A stretch of DNA of 64,000 nt from positions 2,048,001 through 2,112,000 of the forward strand of contig OZ253555.1 in the NCBI GenBank assembly GCA_965262725.1. The letters are read 5' to 3'. Of the stretch, positions 47,071 to 56,140 are shown in pieces; position 1 is the first letter of the stretch, and every line of letters starts with the position of its first letter. The translations under genes and the position numbers were made by a program. A model generated the notes under the pieces. That model was not told the DNA's origin. It did not search any database and saw only the letters and a program-made list of their open reading frames with translations. This DNA comes from Dehalococcoidia bacterium (GTDB lineage: Bacteria > Chloroflexota > Dehalococcoidia > UBA2979).

Positions 47071-48921
47071 CCCAGATCGGCGTTTCCGAGCGTCTCACAG
47101 TCCCGGTGAGGCCGCAGCGAGCGCGGTGAAGAGAGAGGTACCTCGCTGGCGCCTTGATCGCTCAAGGCTGGAGAGTGTCTGTACGAAAAGAAAACTCACC
47201 AGCGAGGTGCAGACAGCATGACACGTCAGCGGCTCCCGATCGAGTTCGGCGCCGACACCAACTCCACCGCCCTTACCGCCAGCTCCGGCCTCGTGCTCCC
47301 GCTCCAGTTCATTCAGCGTGCCGGCCTTCTCGACGCCGTCGAACGATTCGTCCCCGATGACTCCACCCAGGGCTGGACCGCGTCGGAGATGGTGGAGGCC
47401 GTGCTCCTGCTCAACATCGCCGGCGGAGAGTCGCTCTCCGATATCGACCACCTGCAGGGCGACCCCGGGCTCGCGCGCGCCATCGACGAGGTCTCGGGGC
47501 GGGGCCTGAATCGGCGCATGCGGCGCTTGTTCGCCCGGACGGCGGTGCGGAAGCGCTGGCGCTGCCGGCGCACACGGAGCGTGCCCTCGGGCTCGGCGCT
47601 CTCCCGCTGGATCCGCCGCCAGCACGACGAGGAGCAGGAGCGCCTGCGCACCACGGGACCGCCCGCCTTCATCCCGGAGCCGTCCCCGACCGTGCGCGGT
47701 CTGGAGCGCGTCAACGCCGACCTGCTCGCATTCCTGAACACGCACCGGCCGCAGTCCTCCGCGACGCTCGACATGGACGCGACGCTGATTGTGACCCAGA
47801 AGCGCGAAGCGCTCTACGCCTACACGAAGGAGAAGGCGTACCAGCCGCACACCGTGTACTGGGCGGAGCAGGACACGGTCGTGCTCTCCGAGTACCGCGA
47901 CGGCAACGTCCCCGCCGGTCACCAGCAGCTGCGCGTGCTCGAGGAATCGCTGGAGCTGCTCCCTTCTGGCGTGGAGCGAGTGTCGATGCGCTCGGACACG
48001 GCGGGGTACCAGCGGGAGCTGCTCCGCTATATGGCGGAGGGCCGCTCCCGATTCGGCGTCATCGAGTTCGTAGTGGGCGTGGACCGCACGACCGAGTTCC
48101 GTCGGGCCGTAGAGGCGATGCCGGAGAGCGAGTGGAAGCCGCTTTCCCGCACTTCCGACGGGACGGTCATCGAGGAGTACGCCGAGGTCGTCTACGTGCC
48201 GAACTGGGCCGGCTACAGCGCGAACGCCCCGGACTACCGGTTCGTGGCGACGCGGGAGCCGCTGCGGCAGCAGGTGCTCCCGGGGATGGAGGAGCAACTG
48301 AATCTGGGCATGCCGCTGCTGCGGGGCCGAGCGGGACGTGTCTACCGGTTCTCGGGAGTGGTGACGAACCGCCACGAGCCAGCGGGCGATGAGGTCATCG
48401 CCTGGTACCGGGCGCGGGCGGGGAAGGGCGAAGAGGTCCACGGCGTGATGAAGACGGACCTGGCGGGCGGCAGGCTCCCGTCGGGGCTGTTCGGAGCGAA
48501 CGCGGTGTGGTGGGCGCTGACGATGCTGGCGTTCAACGTGATGTCGGTGATCAAGCAGTTGCTGCTGGACACGGGGTGGGTGAGCAAGCGGATGAAGGCC
48601 GTGCGTTTCGCCCTGCTGCAGATCCCGGGGCGCCTGGTGCGGCACGCGCGGAAGCTGACGCTTCGCCTGCCGGAGGGCCACCCGGGCACGACGCATCTCT
48701 TCCGGGCGCAGCGGCGACTGCTGGCGCTGCGCGCTCCGCCCCCGATATAGCCGCTGCTCAGTGCGATTCTCGTTGTATGACCCGGCCGCTGCATGCCCGG
48801 GTGGTGTCAAATGGGGCCCGCGCCGGCGAGTCGGAGTCCCTGCGCCGCAGCTTCCGGTGCTCGGGAGGCGCTCGGAGCGGCCTCGCGACCCCGCCAATCC
48901 GCGACACGACGCCGATCAGCG
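47071..48921 (+). mobile_element. IS1380-family insertion sequence (ends approximate)
   Basis: Imperfect IRs cccagatcggcgt / acgccgatcagcg (11/13) flank the transposase. Confidence 0.6.
47218..48750 (+). CDS. IS1380-family transposase
   Basis: LTASSGL, TLDMDATL, MRSDTAGY, WYRARAGKGEEVHGVMKTDL, RFALLQIPGRLVRHARKL. Confidence 0.9.
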   Translation: MTRQRLPIEFGADTNSTALTASSGLVLPLQFIQRAGLLDAVERFVPDDSTQGWTASEMVEAVLLLNIAGGESLSDIDHLQGDPGLARAIDEVSGRGLNRRMRRLFARTAVRKRWRCRRTRSVPSGSALSRWIRRQHDEEQERLRTTGPPAFIPEPSPTVRGLERVNADLLAFLNTHRPQSSATLDMDATLIVTQKREALYAYTKEKAYQPHTVYWAEQDTVVLSEYRDGNVPAGHQQLRVLEESLELLPSGVERVSMRSDTAGYQRELLRYMAEGRSRFGVIEFVVGVDRTTEFRRAVEAMPESEWKPLSRTSDGTVIEEYAEVVYVPNWAGYSANAPDYRFVATREPLRQQVLPGMEEQLNLGMPLLRGRAGRVYRFSGVVTNRHEPAGDEVIAWYRARAGKGEEVHGVMKTDLAGGRLPSGLFGANAVWWALTMLAFNVMSVIKQLLLDTGWVSKRMKAVRFALLQIPGRLVRHARKLTLRLPEGHPGTTHLFRAQRRLLALRAPPPI

Positions 48922-49169
48922 TTCCGTGACCGCCTCTCGAGCGCCTCGCCAGCCACAGATGGGAAGTTTGGGGTCATAGAGTCTCCTTGCGGCGCAACGC
49001 GAGGTGTCGCTCCGCACGAGGTCGACCACGGCACCAGGCCGCAAGGAGGCACGCAGCCCCCGGTCGGACAGTGTCGCAATCGTGGCTCGTGCGGAGCCGG
49101 CGGAGCATGGGCATCCACGAGGGGCGCTGTCAACGCGAACGCCCATTCGCGCGATTGCATGTGCGAGCG

Positions 49170-49597
49170 GCGGCCTGGCGGGGGCGCGGATGCTCGCCGA
49201 GATTCGGTGACGTCTCTCGCTTCGAGAACGGATCGAGGCTGGCCAGCTACGCCGGCCTTGCCCCGGTCACCCGCCAGTCCGGCAGCAGCATCCGGGGGCA
49301 GACCCGGAGCCGCCGCGGCAATCACCGGCTCAAGAACGCGATGTACCTCTCCGCTTTCGCCTCGCTGCGCGATCCCGTCTCGCGAGCGTACTCCGACCGG
49401 AAACGGGCCGAGGGAAAGAAACACACCGCAGCCGTCATCTGCCTCGCGCTTCGCCGCTGCGACGTCATCCTGACCATGCTGCGCTCGCGCGAACCGTACC
49501 GCGCCGAGGCTCCTCGTCATGGGTCGGCGGCTGCCTGACGCCGCGCCGGGCATCCCGGGTTACTGGCGCTGGCCCTCGACAGAGAACATGGGGACAC
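49170..49597 (+). pseudogene. IS110-family transposase C-terminal remnant
   Basis: GDVSRFENGSRLASYAGLAPVTRQSGSS...RGNHRLK...RAEGKKH. The N-terminal DEDD domain is absent and the region is frameshifted. Confidence 0.85.
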
Positions 49598-49784
49598 CAC
49601 CCGACTGAGCGACGGCTGCGCGGTCCCTCGCGTGCGGAGCAAGACACCTCCGCGGGAGCCACCGGCGACGGTCTGGTTGGCGCCGAGCCGGCAGCTCTGT
49701 CGGCTCCCTCCGCACCATGACGCCTCCACCGCGATGTCCCGGCTCGACGAACTCGCCGCCTACCGTGGGGGGTGCGACGGCGAT

Positions 49785-49853
49785 TGGGACCCGCTGTGAG
49801 CGAATTGTGACCGTTGTGACCGTCCTGGGACCGTCCTGTGACCTCCCTGTGAG
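49785..49853 (+). promoter_or_regulatory. Seven TG(T/G)GA(C/G) direct repeats at ~11-bp period upstream of the conjugation operon
   Basis: Motif starts at 49785, 49795, 49806, 49815, 49826, 49837, 49848. Confidence 0.7.
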
Positions 49854-49933
49854 CGCCTGGTAGCAGTCTGACCCCGCATCGCCGCACGCCGTCACCGGGG
49901 CGCGCGTGCGGCGATGCGGAGGGAGGCCGGCCG

Positions 49934-51076
49934 GTGCGCAGGGGTCTGCTCGCCGCGGTGTGCGCGCTCGGCTGCTGGCTGCTGCTCCCGGCGCCCGCGG
50001 GCGCGGAGCAGCCGGCGGATCCGCTCGCGGCGCTGATCGCCGCCGGCGCTCCGCTCACCTCTGTGGCGCCGCCCTCCGCCTCCGGCCCCGCCGGTCCGGG
50101 TGAGCCCCTCGCGGCGCCGGCCGCCTCGTGGGGCGAGGGAGCGCCCGCCCGCCCCGAGCCGGTCATTCCCGCCCTCCCCTCGCCGGGGGATCTCTTCGGC
50201 GGTCTCGACCCGCGCACCTGGGCGGAAGCGCTCCTGGACGCGTTCGTCGACCTGGTGGGGGAGGCGCTCGTCGGTGCGGCGCGCGGCGTCGTCGACTGGG
50301 CGCTCGGCCTCGGCGGCTCCTCCCTCAACTTCGTCACGCGCACGCCCGAGGCCGGCACCTACGGGAGCACGACGGTGCGCTCGATGTGGGAGGTCTCGCG
50401 CGGCGTCGCCAACGCCGCGCTCGCCGTGATCGCGATGTGGGGCGGCTTCAACGTGATGCTCAGGCAGCACCTCAGGAGCCCCTACCACACCGTGATGGAG
50501 CTCCTCCCGCGCCTGCTGCTGGCCGCGCTCGCCCTCAACCTCTCGCTCGAGTTCGCGAGCCTCCTCATCGACCTCAACAACGCCCTCACGGCGGCCGTCG
50601 GGCAGGGCGGTCTCCCCGGCTACGAGCAGGCCTCCGCCGGGCAGAGCGGCCTCGCGTACGTCGTCGTCGCCCTCGGCTACGCCGTGGTGGCGCTCCTGCT
50701 CGTGCTGCAGATGCTGATGCGCCTTGCGCTCATCGACCTCTTGATCGTGGTGGCCCCGGTGATGGTGCTGCTCTGGGTGCTGCCGCAGACGCAGGGGTGG
50801 GCGCGCTGGTGGGCGCAGCTGCTCCCGCTCACCGTCTTCCAGCAGGCCGTGCAGATGGTCGCGCTGAGGCTCGGCTCCTCGCTGATGGTGGAGCTCACGC
50901 CGGGGCACGCCGCCGACGCGCTCATCACGCTCCTGCTCGGCATCTCGGTGCTCTGGCTGACGCTCCGGGTGCCGTCGCTGCTCCAGGGGCAGCTGCAGCA
51001 GGCCGGGCTCTCGCGCGCGGTCCCGCTCGCCTCGCTCGGCCGCGCCGCCGCCGGCGCCGCGGCGGGGGGGAGGTAG
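49934..51076 (+). CDS. VirB6/TrbL-like polytopic conjugation membrane protein
   Basis: Multiple TMs, LPRLLLAALALNLSL, RLALIDLLIVVAPV..LWVLPQTQGWARWW; first gene of the T4SS cluster. Confidence 0.75.
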   Translation: MRRGLLAAVCALGCWLLLPAPAGAEQPADPLAALIAAGAPLTSVAPPSASGPAGPGEPLAAPAASWGEGAPARPEPVIPALPSPGDLFGGLDPRTWAEALLDAFVDLVGEALVGAARGVVDWALGLGGSSLNFVTRTPEAGTYGSTTVRSMWEVSRGVANAALAVIAMWGGFNVMLRQHLRSPYHTVMELLPRLLLAALALNLSLEFASLLIDLNNALTAAVGQGGLPGYEQASAGQSGLAYVVVALGYAVVALLLVLQMLMRLALIDLLIVVAPVMVLLWVLPQTQGWARWWAQLLPLTVFQQAVQMVALRLGSSLMVELTPGHAADALITLLLGISVLWLTLRVPSLLQGQLQQAGLSRAVPLASLGRAAAGAAAGGR

Positions 51077-51309
51077 ACGGTGCGGCGGGTCGCGTTGCTC
51101 GCAGGCTCCAGCCCGGCAGCCCCCGCGCGCCGGGGGACGCCGGCCGCAGCCGGGCTCGCGGCGCTCCCTGTGTGCCACGCGCTCCCGGCCGTGCCCCTCG
51201 CCGCGGCCCCGATTGCGGCCCCGCTCGCGGCGCTGCTCGGGGGCGGCCACGGAGCCGGCCTCCCGGGCCTCGCGCATCCGCTCCCGGCCGCGGCCGCCGG
51301 GGTGGCGTC

Positions 51310-51855
51310 GTGACCGACGGGCGCCGGGCGCGGTACGCGCTGCTCGGGCTCGGCACGGCGCTGCTCGTGCTCGCGGTCGCCTCCGGCTGGAGCGGCACAT
51401 CTCGCCCGGCGGGAGGGGCGGAGGACCGCGCCTCCGTCGCGGCGGCGGCCGGGGCGTTCGTGCGCGCCTACGGCGCCTTCGACCACCGACGGCCGGAGGG
51501 CTACACGAAGCGACTCGCCGCGCTCGCCGCGGGCGATCTCCGCGACGCGCTCGGGGCGGCCTCGGTCGATCCGGGCGTCGTGGCGGCGGGGCGACTCAGC
51601 ACGGCCCGGGTCGAGTCGGTCCGGGTCACGTCGCTCTCCGGCAGCTCGGCCGGGGCGTCGGTGCGCTCGCGGCACCAGCGCAGCTGGACCGACCCGGCCA
51701 CGGGGAGGGCCGTCCGGGAGGCGGTCACCCAGCACGCCGCGCTCCGGCTCGTCCGCGATGGCGATCGGTGGCTCGTGGCGGGGCTGGCGCTGGTGAGGGA
51801 GGAGCCGGCGGCGCCGCCGCCGGCGGAGAGGGCGGGCGCGGCAGGCGCCCGCTGA
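51310..51855 (+). CDS. Bitopic NTF2-like protein (VirB8/TcpC-like by context)
   Basis: TM, then AGAFVRAYGAFD...LRLVRDGDRWLV. Confidence 0.55.
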   Translation: MTDGRRARYALLGLGTALLVLAVASGWSGTSRPAGGAEDRASVAAAAGAFVRAYGAFDHRRPEGYTKRLAALAAGDLRDALGAASVDPGVVAAGRLSTARVESVRVTSLSGSSAGASVRSRHQRSWTDPATGRAVREAVTQHAALRLVRDGDRWLVAGLALVREEPAAPPPAERAGAAGAR

Positions 51856-51868
51856 GGGAGGAGTCGGA

Positions 51869-52099
51869 ATGGATCAGGTCAACACGCTCTTCGAGAACCT
51901 GCTGAACATCGGGATCGGTGTCTCGGCGGCGGTCTCGGCCTTCTTCGTGATGTGGGGGGCCTTCCTCTACATGACGGCGGGTGGATCGCCCCGCCAGATG
52001 GAGACCGCCAAGACCGCGATCGTGAACGCGCTCGGCGGCCTCGCGATCGTGCTGCTCGCGCGCGTGATCGCGGGCATGGTGCAGGGCGCGATGGCATGA
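51869..52099 (+). CDS. T4SS pilin (VirB2/TrbC-like)
   Basis: 76 aa, two TMs, GAFLYMTAGGSP..ETAKTAIVNALGGLAIVL; GGAGGAG RBS. Confidence 0.8.
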   Translation: MDQVNTLFENLLNIGIGVSAAVSAFFVMWGAFLYMTAGGSPRQMETAKTAIVNALGGLAIVLLARVIAGMVQGAMA

Positions 52100-52494
52100 G
52101 CCCTCGCCACGAGATCCCGACCCACCTCGCCGTCGCCGACGGCGCCTTCGGGGGCCTCACGATGCGCCAGCTGCTCTCGGCGGCGGCGGGGCTCGCCCTC
52201 GCCTACGGAGCGCTGAGCGATCTCCCGCTGCCGCTCCCGCTCCGCCTGGCCGCCTGCGCGCTCGTGCTCGCGGCGACGCTCGCGCTCGTGCTCTGGCGGC
52301 CGGCCGGGCGGCCGCTCGAGGAGTGGGCGTTCGTGCTGCTGCGCTACCACGCGGCGCCCCGCGTCGCGGTGTGGCGGCCTCGCGAGCCCGGGCCGCTCCC
52401 GGACGGTCCGCGCGAGGTCGTGCTGGCGCCGCCGGGGCGGCGCCCGGATCCCGATGCGGCGACGAGAGGAGGGATGCATGCGCTCACCCCGTAG
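52096..52494 (+). CDS. PrgI-family (VirB3-like) protein
   Basis: HEIPTHL..D..FGGLTMRQL, GRPLEEW. Confidence 0.8.
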   Translation: MSPRHEIPTHLAVADGAFGGLTMRQLLSAAAGLALAYGALSDLPLPLPLRLAACALVLAATLALVLWRPAGRPLEEWAFVLLRYHAAPRVAVWRPREPGPLPDGPREVVLAPPGRRPDPDAATRGGMHALTP

Positions 52495-53191
52495 CCCGCT
52501 GCGGCGCCTCGCGAGCGTGCAGGAGCAGCTGCCGCTCGAGGAGATCGCGGGCGACGTCGCGCGGCTGCGCGGCGGCGAGCACCGCGCCGTCCTCGAGACC
52601 GGCTCGGTTCCCTTCGAACTGCGGTCGGAGGGGGAACGGGAGGCGATCCTCGCCGGCTACCGGCGCTTCCTGAACGGGCTCGACTACCCCCTGCAGGTGC
52701 TGGTGCGGGTCGTCCCGGCCGACGTCGAGGGCTACCTCGCCGGCCTGGCGGGGGCCCGGCGGGGCGATGAGGCGCTGCGCCGGCTCGCTCTCGACCACGC
52801 GGCGTTCGTGCGGCGCATCGCGCGCGAGCGGACGCTGCTCGACCGCCGCTTCTACGTCGTGGTGCCGGCGGGCGGGGACGCCGTCCCGGAGTCCGGCGGC
52901 TTCCGGCCGGGGATCCTGCCGTGGCGCCGCGGCCCGGGCGTCGAGCGGGGGCCGGGCGAGGCCGCCCGGGCCCGGCGCACGCTCTCCCTGCGCTGCGGCG
53001 AGGTGGTGCGCGGTCTCGGATCGTTCGGGGTCGGTGCGCGCCGCCTCGGCGGGGAGGAGCTCGCCTCGCTCTGGAGGGAGGTGCTCGCGGGCGCGACCGG
53101 GGGCTCGCCGACCGCGCTGCTGGTCGCCCCCCTGGCCGCAACGCCCGTCGTCGTCCGGGAGAGCTCCCGGTCGGAGGCCGACCGTGCGTAG
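52478..53191 (+). CDS. Conjugation protein preceding VirB4
   Basis: RAVLETGSVPFELRSEGEREAI...FLNGLDYPLQVLV; operon context. Confidence 0.65.
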   Translation: MRSPRSPLRRLASVQEQLPLEEIAGDVARLRGGEHRAVLETGSVPFELRSEGEREAILAGYRRFLNGLDYPLQVLVRVVPADVEGYLAGLAGARRGDEALRRLALDHAAFVRRIARERTLLDRRFYVVVPAGGDAVPESGGFRPGILPWRRGPGVERGPGEAARARRTLSLRCGEVVRGLGSFGVGARRLGGEELASLWREVLAGATGGSPTALLVAPLAATPVVVRESSRSEADRA

Positions 53192-55031
53192 CGCCGCGGC
53201 ATGGTTCACCGGGCGGCGGGAGGCGCGGGCCGGCGCCGGGGCGGCACGCTTCGCGGACGGCGAGCGCTCGGCGGTCGACCTGGTCGCGCCGTCCGCCGTC
53301 GAGGAGCGGCGCGACCGCCTGGAGATCGACGGGCGGCCCGAGCGCGTGCTGGCGCTCACCGGCTACCCGCGCCAGGTGGTCCCAAACTGGCTCGGCCGGC
53401 TCATCGACGCGGACGAGCCGCTCGACCTGAGCCTCCACCTGGAGCCGCTCGACTCGCGGGAGGCGATCCGCGGCCTCACGCACCGCCTCGTCGAGCTCGA
53501 GTCGTCGCGGATGCTCGACGCGAGGGGCGGCCGCATCGCCCCGGCGGAGCGCGAGGTCGCCCGCGGGGATGTCGAGCGCCTCCGCGACGCGCTCGAGCGC
53601 GGCGACGAGCGCGTCTTCTCGGCGGCGCTCTACCTGAGGCTCGGGCGTGGCTCCGGGCGCGAGCTCGACCGCGCGACCGCGCGCGCCCGGGCGACGCTCG
53701 CGGGGATGATGGCGGAGGCGCGGCCGGCGCTCTACGAGATGATGCCGGGGCTCCTCTCCTGCCTCCCCGCCGGCCAGGATCACCTCGGCCGCCGCCGCAA
53801 CCTCGACACCTCGAGCGCCGCGACGATGATCCCCTTCGTCTCGAACCGGCTCGCCGCGCCCGGCGGCCTCCTCTACGGGGAGAGCGTGGAGGGCGGCTCG
53901 CTCGTGATCGTCGACCCCTTCGGGCCCGACCAGGAGAACGCCAATCGGGTCGTCTTCGCCAAAAGCGGCGCCGGCAAGTCGTTCGCCTGCAAGGTCGAGG
54001 CGCTCCGGGCGCTCCTGCTCGGCATCGACTACTGCGTCATCGACCCCGAGGGCGAGTACGGGCGCATCTGCGAGGCCGTGGGCGGAGAGCTGATCCGCCT
54101 CTCCGCCCGGGCGCCCCACCGCGTCAACCCCTTCGACCTGCCGCCCGCGGGCGGCGGGGAGCGCCACGACGTGCTCGCGGAGCGCGTCGTGGCGCTGCAG
54201 GGGCTGCTCGCGCTCATGCTCGCCGAGCCCGGCGGCCGGCTCGGGCAGGACGAGCGCGGCGTGCTCGACCGCGCCCTCTACGAGAGCTACCGCCGCGCGG
54301 GGATCACCGCCGACCCGGCGACGCACGGCCGCCCCGCGCCGCTGATGCGCGACCTGCTCTCCGTGCTCGAGGAGTCGGGGGCGCCCCACGGCCTCGCGGC
54401 GAGGCTCCGGCGCTACGTCTCGGGGAGCCTCGGCCGTCTCTTCTCGGAGGCGACCACGGCCGACCTCGACCGGCCGTTCGTGGTCTTCGACCTGAGCGCG
54501 CTCGACGAGGAGCTGCGACCCGTCGCCACCTACCTCATCGCCGACCACCTCTGGGCGCGGGCCGCGCGCGACCCGAGGCCGCGGATGCTCCTCGTCGACG
54601 AGGCCTGGTCTCTGATGCGGCACCCCGAGGGGGCGCGCTTCCTGGCGCAGCTCGCGCGGCGGGCCCGCAAGCGCTGGCTCGGGCTCACCGCGGTGACGCA
54701 GGACGTGGAGGATTTCCTCGCCTCGCCCGAGGGCCACACCGTCCTCGCCAACAGCTCGACGCAGCTGCTGATGCGCCAGGACAGCTCCACCATCGCGCTC
54801 GTCCAGGAGACCTTCGGGCTCTCTTCCGCCGAGCGCTCCTTCCTGCTGGCCTGCGGCCGCGGCGAGGGACTGCTGCTCGCGCGCGGCACGCACGTCGCGC
54901 TCCGCGTCGTGGCGAGCCCGCTTGAGCACGAGCTCGCGACGACAGACCCGGAGTTCCTCGCGTCCCGGGGCCGATCCGGGGCGACCGACCCCGCGGAACG
55001 CGCGATGGAGATGACGGAGGGTGAGCCATGA
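53184..55031 (+). CDS. virB4: VirB4-like conjugation ATPase
   Basis: AKSGAGKS, VIDPEGEY, LLVDEAW, RRARKR, VTQDVEDF. Confidence 0.9.
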   Translation: MRSAAAWFTGRREARAGAGAARFADGERSAVDLVAPSAVEERRDRLEIDGRPERVLALTGYPRQVVPNWLGRLIDADEPLDLSLHLEPLDSREAIRGLTHRLVELESSRMLDARGGRIAPAEREVARGDVERLRDALERGDERVFSAALYLRLGRGSGRELDRATARARATLAGMMAEARPALYEMMPGLLSCLPAGQDHLGRRRNLDTSSAATMIPFVSNRLAAPGGLLYGESVEGGSLVIVDPFGPDQENANRVVFAKSGAGKSFACKVEALRALLLGIDYCVIDPEGEYGRICEAVGGELIRLSARAPHRVNPFDLPPAGGGERHDVLAERVVALQGLLALMLAEPGGRLGQDERGVLDRALYESYRRAGITADPATHGRPAPLMRDLLSVLEESGAPHGLAARLRRYVSGSLGRLFSEATTADLDRPFVVFDLSALDEELRPVATYLIADHLWARAARDPRPRMLLVDEAWSLMRHPEGARFLAQLARRARKRWLGLTAVTQDVEDFLASPEGHTVLANSSTQLLMRQDSSTIALVQETFGLSSAERSFLLACGRGEGLLLARGTHVALRVVASPLEHELATTDPEFLASRGRSGATDPAERAMEMTEGEP

Positions 55032-56140
55032 GTCACATCGACATCGAGCAGCTGAAGCGCGCCAGCCCGATCGCCGCGGTCGTGGAGCGGCACGGGGTCG
55101 AGCTGCGCCGCGCGGGGACGCACCTCAGCGGGCGCTGTCCCTTCCACGAGGACCGGAACCCGAGCTTCTGCGTCTACCCCGAGACGGAGTCCTTCCACTG
55201 CTTCGGGTGCGGCGCGCGCGGCGACGTGATCGACTTCGTGCGCCGCGCCTCGGGGCTCGGCTTCCGCGAGGCGCTCGAACGCCTGGGCCGGACGGGCGCT
55301 CCGCACGCGGCGTCCGGGCCGCCACCGCCGCCGGCACGTCGCGAGCGGGTCCCGGCCCTCTCGCTCGACGACCGGCTGATGCTGACGGCGGCGTCTGAGC
55401 TCTACCACGAGACGCTGCTGGAGACGCCGGAGGCGCTCCGCCACCTGGAGGGGCGCGGGATCCCGGCGTGGCTCACGCGCTCGCGCCGCCTCGGCCTCTC
55501 GGACGGCCGCCGGCTCGTCCCCTACCTGAAGCGCCGCCGGCTCAGCCTGAAGCGGGCGCAGGAGCTCGGCCTGCTCCACCGGGGCGGCGCCGAGACGATG
55601 ACGGGGCGCATCGTGATCCCCGATCTCCGCGGTTCGCACTGCGGCTGGATGGTCGGGCGCGCGACGTCCGAGGAGCGCACGCCGAAGTACCGCGGCCTCG
55701 CGCTGCCGCGGCCGCTGCTCGGCTACGAGCGCGGCCGCCGCCGCCTCTTCGTGACCGAGGGCCCCTTCGACTGGCTGACGCTCGCCGGATGGGGGCTTCC
55801 CGCCTGCGCGCTGCTCGGAACCCAGCCCGGCGGCGGCGCGATGCGCCTGCTCGAGCGCGCTCGCTCGGTGGTGCTGGTGATGGACGGAGACGATCCGGGG
55901 CGCCGGGCGGCGGCGGCGCTCGCCGGCCTGCTGGACGGGCGCGCCCGCGTCCTGGAGCTCCCCCCGGGCGTCAAGGACGTGAACGAGCTGGGCACGCGAC
56001 CCGGTGGCCGCGAGACGTTCTTCCGGCTGCTCGACGCGGAGAGGGAGGCGCAGGCCGACATGGAGGGAGGCGCACATGGGGACGCACAGGGAAGTGCACG
56101 TGGGGACGTTCCGGGGGACGGCGATGCGCCCTCCCGCTGA
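55028..56140 (+). CDS. DNA primase-like protein (CHC2 zinc finger + TOPRIM)
   Basis: CPFHEDRNPSF...FHCFGCG; VTEGPFD; VMDGDDPG; KDVNE. Confidence 0.9.
   Translation: MSHIDIEQLKRASPIAAVVERHGVELRRAGTHLSGRCPFHEDRNPSFCVYPETESFHCFGCGARGDVIDFVRRASGLGFREALERLGRTGAPHAASGPPPPPARRERVPALSLDDRLMLTAASELYHETLLETPEALRHLEGRGIPAWLTRSRRLGLSDGRRLVPYLKRRRLSLKRAQELGLLHRGGAETMTGRIVIPDLRGSHCGWMVGRATSEERTPKYRGLALPRPLLGYERGRRRLFVTEGPFDWLTLAGWGLPACALLGTQPGGGAMRLLERARSVVLVMDGDDPGRRAAAALAGLLDGRARVLELPPGVKDVNELGTRPGGRETFFRLLDAEREAQADMEGGAHGDAQGSARGDVPGDGDAPSR

Noticed and set aside
48961-48986. gggaagtttggggtcatagagtctcc as the far end of the IS1595 element
   Set aside because: No matching partner IR found in the window.
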